NCBI RefSeq assembly: GCF_026571515.1
Contig: NW_026856310.1
Span: 1-58,258, forward strand
Direction: 5' to 3'
Length of the DNA: 58,258 bases
Source: Ruditapes philippinarum
Taxonomy: Eukaryota
How positions within the stretch are numbered: the first letter of the stretch is position 1; each line of letters starts with the position of its first letter. A model generated the notes under the pieces. It had not been told where the DNA came from, searched no databases, and worked only from the letters and a program-made list of their open reading frames with translations. Of this stretch, positions 13,378-23,501 are shown in pieces. A program made the translations under genes and the position numbers.

Positions 13378-14625
13378 ATGGCGGCAGGACGAAAAATTAA
13401 TGTGGAATCTGTGGATAGACCAGAGCTTGCTAAGCACGATAGCAAAAACTTGGATCTAGCATTTGCAATGGATTGTACTGGAAGCATGGGGTCGTATATT
13501 GAAGAGGCTAAAAACAATATTCGTAGAATTGTAGAAGAAATAGTTTCAAGTGAAAAGAGTGACGTAAGACTTGCTCTCGTAGAATACCGTGATCATCCGC
13601 CGCAAGATTCGACGTTCGTAACACGTTGTCATGATTTTACCTCTTCGCCTAAAACAATGAAAGGTTGGTTGAGTGAATCGTCGGCTTCCGGTGGCGGAGA
13701 TATGCCTGAAGCCGTGGCTGATGCTCTTCATGATCTCCTTAAACTAAACTGGAGAGAGGATGCTACAAAAATATGTGTATGCATTTCTGACGCACCTCCA
13801 CATGGGCTGGGATGCGGTGGTGATGGATTCCCCGACGGCTGTCCGGACGGGATAGATCCAATGGTTGTCGCTCATCAGCTTGCAGAAAAAGGTATCACTA
13901 TATATATGGCAGGATGTGAGCCAAGTATATCACCATATAAGGACTTTTTCATGGCTGTGGCTTATATAACAGGTGGACAATACGTTCCTATGCGAAAAGC
14001 ACAGGTTCTTTCAAAGGTGATTATTGGTGGGGCGCAAGAAGAACTTTCATTAAATCAATTAATGGCGGAAGTTGATGCTGAAGTTCAAAATAGAGTACAA
14101 GCTGGAGAAGACGTAAACGAGGATGAAGTGTCAGATTTACTTCATCAACGATGGGTGTCAAGAGGGGAATGTGTAGCACAACTACAAATGAACAACATGG
14201 AACTTGGTGGTGTTTATTCATCGCCAGAGGCAAAGAGCTATTCTAAATTCAAATCTTTTTCTGACGTACGGACAAATTTCAAGGCGAAACCGACAAGTTT
14301 CAATGGTAGACGTGAACCAGAATGTTATACAAGGAGTGCAGCTCCGAAACCGAGTGGAGGCGGTATTTTAAACTGGATGGGAAGTTGGTTTGGTGGTTCT
14401 TCTGCAGGTGACGCTCCAATGGGGGCTGCATCAAGCCCCGCTCCTCCACCTGCCCTGCTCTCGGATGACTTAATGCCTCGAGCAATGGCAAGCTCACATG
14501 ATATGCCCTTTGAAGATGAGTATAACACTGTACGAACAGAAGTAACTAAAGCTCAGTCATCAAGGCTAGTGAAAAAGGTGATGGCGAAACACAAAATAGA
14601 GACAACAAACATAATCCATAAATAA
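13378..14625 (+). CDS. intronless VWA-domain protein (vwkA/alpha-kinase-associated VWA type, no kinase domain), paralog 1, 415 aa
   Basis: MIDAS-type motif DLAFAMDCTGSM plus YRDHPPQD, GGGDMPEAV and ISDAPPHG. First ATG at 13378 (the track start at 13369 is TTG). No signal peptide. TATA box at 13203. Confidence 0.88.
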   Translation: MAAGRKINVESVDRPELAKHDSKNLDLAFAMDCTGSMGSYIEEAKNNIRRIVEEIVSSEKSDVRLALVEYRDHPPQDSTFVTRCHDFTSSPKTMKGWLSESSASGGGDMPEAVADALHDLLKLNWREDATKICVCISDAPPHGLGCGGDGFPDGCPDGIDPMVVAHQLAEKGITIYMAGCEPSISPYKDFFMAVAYITGGQYVPMRKAQVLSKVIIGGAQEELSLNQLMAEVDAEVQNRVQAGEDVNEDEVSDLLHQRWVSRGECVAQLQMNNMELGGVYSSPEAKSYSKFKSFSDVRTNFKAKPTSFNGRREPECYTRSAAPKPSGGGILNWMGSWFGGSSAGDAPMGAASSPAPPPALLSDDLMPRAMASSHDMPFEDEYNTVRTEVTKAQSSRLVKKVMAKHKIETTNIIHK

Positions 14626-15781
14626 AGCCCAACATGGCAAAATGAAAATATTGCAGGCTCGGTTTGATTGAGCCTGTACATGGACGGTTCTGGAAAGTGC
14701 AAGTAACGGCCACGGCCCCTAGCACCGGCTTAAGCAGAATTCAACAAAGTTTAAATTTAAAATACAAGTTCGCATTTATATGTTGTTTCATGTTTTAGGA
14801 TATATCCCTATTGCTCGAATTCTCGGGATGGAATAATTAAAACGAATGGATACGCAATAAGTTGTTCATAGTAATTTTATTTTGTTTAAGATAAAAGAAT
14901 AAAGTTGATTCTGTACATTTTATTTACATTATTCGAACGTACGATTTGCTGCATAAGCATAATTGAAATAAATATCTATTCAGGCCAATTTTAATCAAGC
15001 ATATAAACTTATACAAACATTGTAAGATGAATATTTCGATTTCACCATATATGTATACTGCTACATCATTTCGTCATAATAGCTAACTTACTTGAGAAAA
15101 TGTTATACCAATACCAATTTACATCCATTACATTTGAACTGTATGAATATAAATTTTATGTATACAAGTTTATGTTGGATAAAATCTATACAATGTATTT
15201 AAATGTAACGTATAAAAATGTATAACATTGTACTTGTATATAGGAATGTCATTGATATGATGTTGAAAGTAAATTCTTCCTTGACTTTTTACAATCTCAA
15301 ATTAAATATATCTTAAATATATTTAATTACTTGTATTATGTACAGAATATTGTTTTGTCAGTCTCATAAACACTTTGCACATGTATGTACTACAGTTTGT
15401 ATTTATTTGTTACTTATTATTTAATTAATTGTTGATATTGTTATAGAATATGTTTAAATAACAAAAAAAATATGAATAAAATATTACAGTATAACTGATT
15501 TTATTCATTTATTTTAGAATATACTTATAAAATATCAGTCCTCATTTTGTATAAATGAGTATTTAACTTTAAATCGAAGTAAAGGACATGCTATAATGGA
15601 GGGTATAAGATTGTAAGAACTTCTATCAGCCTTACTACACATACTATATATAGACTGACTACGTCATTCAGCTGTTCTAATTATACCTTACCTATATATT
15701 ATAATATATATTATATAGAAGCATGATTTATTAAACACTGTGACTGAATAAATTGAGTGTCTGCTTTACAGGTAATGTTAA

Positions 15782-16145
15782 AGATCCTGTAACACAATTT
15801 TTATGGTTTTATGGTTTTATATCATAAATATGATGCTCAAATTAAGATTTATCAATACTGTACGTTCCAAAAAGCATTATTTATAATGATATTACCCAAT
15901 TAAGCATTTCATGTAAATAAAGAGAGGTAATAAGAAATTTATTTTCTATGAAGTCTAAGTCAATTTTTTTTCAATAAGAAATGAATGAATATATTTTAAT
16001 GATTAAATATCATGTTGACAAATATTTGCAGTACATATTTTACATATCATTCGATGTTTGAAAATTGTTTTAGAAGCATAATTATATACATATATAAAAT
16101 TTCAATAAAGTTTGGATACAACCTTAAATACAACATAAAGGATCT
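15782..16145. mobile_element. possible TTAA-flanked (Kolobok-like) MITE
   Basis: TTAA-AGATCCT ... AGGATCT-TTAA; the TIR is only 7 bp. Confidence 0.35.
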
Positions 16146-16174
16146 TTAAGGCATACCTGAAATAGAAAACAAAT

Positions 16175-16383
16175 ATGAGCCGCGTCACGACAAAACCAAC
16201 ATAGTGCGTTTGCGACCAGCATGGATCCAGACCAGGATCCATGCTGTTCGCTTCCAGACTCTATAACAAGTAAAGAAACTGATAGCGAACAGCATGGATG
16301 CTGATCAGACTGCGCGGATGCGCAGGCTGGTCTGGATCCATGCTGGTCGCAAACCCATTATGTTGGTTTTGTCGTGACGCGGC
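16175..16383. mobile_element. fold-back MITE, copy 1 of 3
   Basis: Long terminal inverted arms GCCGCGTCACGACAAAACCAACAT..TTTGCGACCAGCATGGATCCAGACCAG; homologous to the copies at 20412 and 26039. Confidence 0.85.
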
Positions 16384-18100
16384 AAGTATATTTTAGCATT
16401 TTGTACCCCATGACGTGTACTCTCAAGAGCGGATGGACCCTCATTAAGCCTAGAATGCCTACATTTAAAATATCTTGATACCCGACTGTATAAATAATGT
16501 ATTACACGAAAAGCCTTCAAGACGCCTTGTAAACATGGAGGGACAATTTTCAATAGCTGCGAATCTCCTATAAACACTGTAACAACGGGAAAGCATACAG
16601 TATTTCTATTGGAATTTAAATATTGATTTATTGATCGATCATTCACTTATCATATTTGTTAACGACTGAATTGTGTATAATATTTACCAAAGATATATCA
16701 AAGATATTTATTTAGAATGCCGCATTGTAAATAAGGTGTTACAATCTGTATGTCTTAAAATGTTACTTTCTGTAAATGAAGTTATTATTTGCAACTGGGC
16801 GCCTCGATTTGCTCGTCATTATAAGGAACAAAACTGTTTCTTTTTCTCCGTTTCATGGTTATTTATTTAACTAAATATAATAGAATCACCCTTGATCACA
16901 GGACTGACTTGTATTTCGGTGTAGTGTAAATATTCAAGTTAATTAACATGCCATTAGACACGGTGTGGTTTTCTTTTTCGGTTGTGTGCGTGCGTGTGTG
17001 CGAGTGTGTGTGTTATTTCTTCTCTCTCTCTCTAACGTTTCTAAGTGAATGTTAAATTAATTTCTTTACATCGAATAGTTATGCGCGTTAGTTTTGCTTG
17101 TTCGTTTACTTTTAATTCTTTTTCATAATAATTTAATATAATGCTAATTATTTCAATTGGAATCGCTTCTCTACTGAAAAAATTAAGTTCTCGGTCATAT
17201 ATATAATTATTATATGGCGCCAGGCATATTTTCTTCAGAGGTCCTATGCCATCGATTTCGCTTTCCAATAAACAGTCGAAGCTACAATTAATCGAATTGT
17301 AATTTGGCCTCGGCATACATGCAAAGGCACGAATTGCCGAAACACACATACTATTATAGCGTGTTAGAAAAGCATTTTAAGATATACTATTATCTAAAAT
17401 GTAAAAATGTATAAGAATTAACCACCAGATCTTTTGTTTTGATTGTAAGAAAGATAATCATGCATAACGCATAATCGTTTCATGACAATGAGTTGCGTAT
17501 GTTGTGTATATATCTTAAACATTATACTAATTAACAGTTTCAGTTTTTATTAAACCAATTACGGCATATAATTTGCAATTGGTTATAACAAACAGAAAAA
17601 TAGCAGTCAAAAATCACTAATATCACAATAAACATGATAAAAGAATACAATAGATAAACAAAAAAAGGAGATCATATTGTTCATATTCAAATGGGAACGG
17701 AGAATGAAGATCGAAGTATCAATTATCTAAATTTTCACATAATGTTCTTACAAAATAAAGATGATCTTAGTAGAATCTTTTTATCACAACTATTCATTAA
17801 TCTGTCAAGTTTAAAAATACGAAAAATTATGATAAAGCTGTTAAACTATAGGTAATGTGTAAACTATTAACCTTGTCATGTTATCTTGTGTAAATATTGG
17901 ATACAATAGGCTATATGTATTACTAAACATTTTATTGTGAACATAGCGTATCACATTACCGATTTGGATATCGATTTCCTCGGCTGTGTAATGAGAAGTT
18001 CAGACTGCTGTAAATATTGTCTGCCGACAGGATACAATTTAACATATTAAATACCATCAATAAATTAAGTACAAGGTGGATTAAAGTTCGCATCAACGCG

Positions 18101-18179
18101 CTATTTTTAGAGAAAAACATAATAGCTATTTTTAGAAAACGCGTCATATTTACATGCGCATAAGCTATTCTATAAATAG
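18101..18179 (+). promoter_or_regulatory. candidate promoter of VWA paralog 2: three MEF2-consensus sites CTA(W)4TAG, the last overlapping a TATA box, plus GCGTCA
   Basis: CTATTTTTAG at 18101 and 18126, GCGTCA at 18141, CTATAAATAG at 18170, about 90 nt before the ATG. Confidence 0.5.
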
Positions 18180-18267
18180 TCTGGTATAGAGGACGACGGC
18201 AATATTTAGTAAACAAACTTATTACTTTGTGAAATTATTATATATTCAAGTAAATTATCTGTTCGTG

Positions 18268-19470
18268 ATGGAAACTAGACGGAAGCGGAATAACGACAGT
18301 GTGTTTAAACAAACTCTTGATACCACTCCTGTTAAAAAATTGAAGAAAATGTCGGACAAAATAGATCAAATGAAAGAAGTAATAATTGAAAACGAAACTA
18401 AATGTTTGGATTTGGCTTTTGCAATGGATTGTACAGGAAGTATGCAGTCATATATTAATGAAGCAAGGAATAATATCTGTAAGATCGTAGAGGAAATCGT
18501 GGCCAGTGAAAATATAGACGTGAGGTTGGCACTCGTTGAATACCGTGATCATCCCCCGGAAGATACTTCATTCGTTACTCGTTGCCATGATTTTACAAAG
18601 TCTTCAAAAACAATGAAAGGCTGGTTAAGTACCTGCTCTGCCACAGGCGGAGGAGACACGCCTGAAGCTGTAGCTGATGCTCTTCATGATCTACTTAAAC
18701 TAAGCTGGAGGGAGGATTCTACAAAAATTTGTGTTTGTATTTCAGATGCTCCACCGCACGGACTTGGTTGTACATCAGATGGTTTTCCGGAAGGGTGTCC
18801 GAATGGAATTGACCCTGTGGTTGTATCAAACCAGCTGGCTGCAGAAGGAATAACATTATATGTTGCAGGCTGTGAACCAGCTATTATTCCATACAAAGAT
18901 TTCTTTATGGCGATTGCACATATCACTGGTGGGCAATACGTTCCTATGCGAAAAGCGCAGGTCCTCTCAAAAGTGATTGTCTGCGGAGCACAAGAGGAAT
19001 TGTCTTTAAACGATTTAATGGCAGAAGTAGATGCTGAAGTTAGAGCAAGAATGCAAGCTGGTGAAGAAATCAACGATCATGCAGTTTCTGGTTTCCTTCA
19101 CAACAAATGGACAGAGCGTGGGCAGCAGGCAGTTCAGCTTCAAATGGATAATGCTGAACTCAATAGTGTACAAGACTCTCCTGAAGCAAAAAAGTATTCT
19201 CAAATGAAAACTCTTGCTGAAATCAAAAAGGTTTTCAAAGAAAAACCTGGCAGGTATGCATCATTTGGAAGCCATGCTTGCGGGAGAGGAGCATCTCTTT
19301 TTTGTAAGCCCGTCTCCGGAAGTACTGGTTTCGGTGCTGGTGGAGATTACAGTACAGGAACTTGTTTTGGAGCAGCATGTTCGAGCACATTTGGCTCAGT
19401 TGCAACTGGAGTCACGTTTGCACAGTCCTCGAGATTAGTACAGAAAGCTATTGCGAAAAACAAGAAATAA
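18268..19470 (+). CDS. intronless VWA-domain protein, paralog 2, 400 aa
   Basis: Same motifs (DLAFAMDCTGSM, YRDHPPED, GGGDTPEAV, ISDAPPHG), long blocks identical to paralog 1 (ITGGQYVPMRKAQVLSKVI) and shared C-terminal AQSSRLVxK. First ATG at 18268 (the track start at 18229 is GTG). Confidence 0.88.
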   Translation: METRRKRNNDSVFKQTLDTTPVKKLKKMSDKIDQMKEVIIENETKCLDLAFAMDCTGSMQSYINEARNNICKIVEEIVASENIDVRLALVEYRDHPPEDTSFVTRCHDFTKSSKTMKGWLSTCSATGGGDTPEAVADALHDLLKLSWREDSTKICVCISDAPPHGLGCTSDGFPEGCPNGIDPVVVSNQLAAEGITLYVAGCEPAIIPYKDFFMAIAHITGGQYVPMRKAQVLSKVIVCGAQEELSLNDLMAEVDAEVRARMQAGEEINDHAVSGFLHNKWTERGQQAVQLQMDNAELNSVQDSPEAKKYSQMKTLAEIKKVFKEKPGRYASFGSHACGRGASLFCKPVSGSTGFGAGGDYSTGTCFGAACSSTFGSVATGVTFAQSSRLVQKAIAKNKK

Positions 19471-19889
19471 CTGATGCGTCAATATCAGAGAGAGAGATAT
19501 GGATAGTGGTCATATAACAATATGCATATTTTACGTTTTGAGATATAGCTGTTTTGCATATTTGATCATTTACAGTCTTTGTTTTCAACATTTGTGAATC
19601 GTTTTTATTTATTTAAGTTATTACTGGAGATAAGTTATAATATTAACACCATACAAAGTCATTCAAGTATGTTTTACCAAGGAAACATGACGTTATTGTG
19701 TTAAATTGTAGCAGATACAATACTTTCATGCTTGGAGCTGATATTAGGGTTTCTAAAATAACCCATGAATGTTTACAATTCTTAGTATTTTTCGTTGATA
19801 ATAAAAAATTATCGTTATCAAGCACATGACCTTGTTTGTGTTCAATTTATATTTTAATATAACTATTACGTATTTTAAGGGACTCTTAA

Positions 19890-20030
19890 GGGATTCTTTC
19901 ATTTGAAGAAGCTATCCCGCTACCTCATGGAAGATCGATGGTTCTTCTCAGGTGCCCGCTAGTGCATTTCATAATTGACGAATGTGTTACTGAGATCTTC
20001 GTCCATCAGCAAAGCTGGATAGTCCCTGAA
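19890..20030 (+). mobile_element. SINE body fragment
   Basis: GATTCTTTCATTTGAAGAAGCTAT...AGGTGCCCGCT matches the SINE at 11869. Confidence 0.55.
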
Positions 20031-20411
20031 TATTTATAGTGGTAGCTGGATAGTCCCTGAATATTTATAGTGGTATGTTCTTTATGGCGTAGGTATGATC
20101 TTTATGGTGGTATGTTCTTTAAGGTGTCTGTAGTTACATATTTCTTTATATCAGACTTTGATCAAATTATTTTTTTTTCTAGCTTTATACCATCATGTGC
20201 TAACAAGGGCCACAGTCTGGCGGGGTCAGCGCTCGACTTTTCCTCACAAGAGGAACAATATACACCTACAAAACTTTTTTTGGTAATAAATTTCATATCT
20301 GACCTGGATGGGTCAAGGTCAATAAAAAGGTCAAAAGCTTATTTGAATTAATCATCATGTCGGTATTGTCATATGTGTTTTTGTCCAAGAATGAATCAAT
20401 TTCATAAATAA

Positions 20412-20617
20412 ATGAGCCATGCCATGACAAAACCAACATAATGCGTTTGCGACCAGCTATCAGTTTCTCTACTTGTTATAGAGTTTGTAAGCAAACAGCA
20501 TGGATCCTGATCAGACTGTACGGATGCGCAGGCTGCTCTGGATCCATGTTGGTAGCAAACGCATTATGTTGGTTTTGTCATTGCGCATTATGTTGGTTTT
20601 GTCATGGCGCGGCTCAA
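20412..20617. mobile_element. fold-back MITE, copy 2 of 3 (internally rearranged)
   Basis: TGAGCCATGCCATGACAAAACCAACATAATGCG ... CGCATTATGTTGGTTTTGTCATGGCGCGGCTCA. Confidence 0.85.
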
Positions 20618-20799
20618 ATTGAGTTTTCATGTCTGGGTTCTGCAATTCTCATTGTAGCATTGATGACATTTCTCAAGTGAATAATGCTTTTTTAGTAAAA
20701 CCTGCATAAACTTCTAATTCAAAACTTAAACAAAAGAGAAATGCAGCTGAATCATAATGTCTTCCAAATTGACTGAAGGACTGATAATGACTTTTTTCA

Positions 20800-21867
20800 A
20801 ACAAGAGGGCCATGTTGGCCCTGAAATCGCTCACCTGTATATAGGCCCCCAGGGCAGGGCAAATTTTAACCCAGGGCTTTTTAGTTTTATTTAAGCAAAT
20901 TTGGTAGTCACATATTAAAAGATGTGTTATCATAAATATCTAAGCTCTAGCTCTTTGGGGTTTTTAAAAGAAGATTTTTTAAGTTTTTACTATACACAAT
21001 ATAGGGAAAAACAATGCCCCCCCCCCCCCTCACCCAACCAAGGTTATCCCAGGGCTTTTATTTGAACAAACTTGGTAGACACTCCTAGAAGATGTTACAT
21101 GCTTAATATCTAAACTCTAGCTTTTTGGGTTTTTTAAAGAAGATTTTTTAACTGTTTACTATACACATGTAAGGAAAATCAATGACCCCCATATCATGGC
21201 CAATTTAAATCCCAGGGCCCTTATTAAAACAAACTTGGTAGACACCCATTAGAAAATGTTTCATTGCTAAATATCTTAGCTCTAGCTCTTTGGGTTTTTT
21301 AAAAGAGATTTTTTTTTAAGTTTCTACTATATACATAAAGGAAAAAACAATGACCCCCTGGGTCAATTTTGACCCCAGAGCTTTTATTTGAACAAAGTTG
21401 GTAGAAATTTAACCCACTAGAAGATGTTTCATGCTTAATATCTAAGCTCTAGCTATTTGGGTTTTTTAAAAGAAGATCTTCTAAGTTATATATATACAAA
21501 TAAGAAAAATCAATGACCCCCATGGGGCGCGGCCAATTTTGACCCAAGGGCTTTTATTTGAACACTGACTAGACAATGTTTCATGCCAAATATTAATGCT
21601 TTAGCTCTTTTGTTTTCTTTTAAGATTTTTAAAGTTTTTTCTTTCGGTTACCATGGCAACCAGAGTTCTGCATTGAATTAAATTCTTTGAACAATTTTTA
21701 AAGTTGACTGCCAAAGAAACAATCCTGTGAAGTTTGGATGAAATTGGCTTAGCGATTTATGAGAAGATGTTGTTTAAAGTAAAAGTTTACGGATGGACGC
21801 CGGACAGACGCCGGACAAAAAGCGATCATAAATGCTCACCATATCACTTTGTGACAGTCAAGCTAAA
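20800..21867 (+). mobile_element. HINE/pearl-like element
   Basis: AACAAGAGGGCC..GGCCCT start, GCTCACC near both ends, about five roughly 165-bp core repeats (CTAAGCTCTAGC) and a GGACGCCGGAC tract. Confidence 0.75.
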
Positions 21868-23501
21868 GATATGTTGTATTGTCATTTCAACTTTTAATCA
21901 TAAACCATTAACTCAATATACATTTTTTAAGTAGATAGCAATTTGACAAATTTTTAACAAAATATCATTCAACTTCGGTAAATTCTTTTCATACTAAGAA
22001 AGTTTTAAAATAAAATGAATAAATACATCAAATTTATTTTCATAAGTAAACATCAACAAAAATCTTTTATATATTCATATGGAGGTTATCAAAAATTCAA
22101 AATGTTTTGCCTCTTAAGATAAAAGAAAAACCAAACTTTCCATATTTTTCTTCCCTGTGTTAGGATCTCATTAATAATATCAGAGTTGTAAATAAAAACC
22201 CAAAACAAGGAAATATACAGTAACAACAAAACCAGCATTTAATAATAAAGATTGACATCAAGGAAGAAAAATAATGCTGTGTATTTTGTTTGTGAAGTGT
22301 GATCTCTTGAAAGCAAGGAAGTAAAAAAGTTTTTTTTTGAAGTTGAAAATTGTATACACAGTATAATTCTGTTCATGAGAAAAAATAAAAGGCTTGTTAA
22401 CGAGCAATCTGCTGGGACTGGAAGAGATTAGCCTTTACCGCAAGTATAGGGCCAGGCCCGCTTGTACATTCCTACAGTTTGACCAGCCTCTATACTGTTA
22501 ATAGTTCATTTTTTGTATAATTATGACATTAAAATCCATTTATTTCTTAATGGACTGATCTGAATCCAAAGCAGGGCAAATCCAGTACATAAATTCAGCT
22601 GGTTTCAATGGGCTCCACTGGGGTAAAAACGCCTAGAAACATAACATTGGAAATTCTTGCTTAGACCAAGAGATGTACTGAAAATGGTTACATATGCAAA
22701 AGAAAATGAAAATATATACTCAGAATTAAATTGAAAAAGTAAACTTGTGTATGATGTTTTAAGCTTGGGGTGAGTGAAAAGCCTTGCAACTGGGAAAACA
22801 GAGTGAGAAAATGATCTGAAATTTTGTACACTAGTTAGTAGTTCAGACCTACATTAAAAATTAATAGAACACATGAATCAGAAAAAAAATCAAGTCTCTA
22901 AATGTAAAAACAAACCTTTAATTGTTAATATCGTTATCATTTCACAAAACCACTATATTCACATTGTACCGGATAAACTATCATAGATGAAAAATCTATT
23001 TATTCCTTCATACATTAGTTCAAACATAGAAAAAGTGGCAAGAAGTTGTTTGTCTATATGAATCATTAACACACTATCACTGAACAAACAATACTTTCTA
23101 AAACATTACTTATTCGGTAAACAAAACAAAAACTTATAGAACATATGTCATTTTCAACTGTTGTCTAATTTAATTCTGACTGTAATCTTTCTGGTGCTAC
23201 TTTTTTCAAACAATTTGTTTATCAATCATAAGCTATTCACTCCGTAGGCTGAAGAAAAAAAAGTACTTTGTTTGCTTGCCGTTTGGGTTTAACAGCTTTC
23301 TGGGTTGAACAGCTTACTGGGATATCACTGGCCATACTGCCACTAGCACTATAGTTACTAAGCCTCAAATACTGTAACAATTCCACAAAAACATTTGTAT
23401 ATACATTTGTATATATAACACTTTGATTTATCACAGATTATCACTTAGATTATTTAAATCCATGCCTCTCCTCTATATATATACTCCTATACATGTGCAT
23501 A

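Noticed and set aside
13378-19470. VWA proteins as complement factor B or integrin-like partners of the nearby C3
   Set aside because: No signal peptide, CCP or protease domains, and the VWA subtype is the intracellular DxTGS type.
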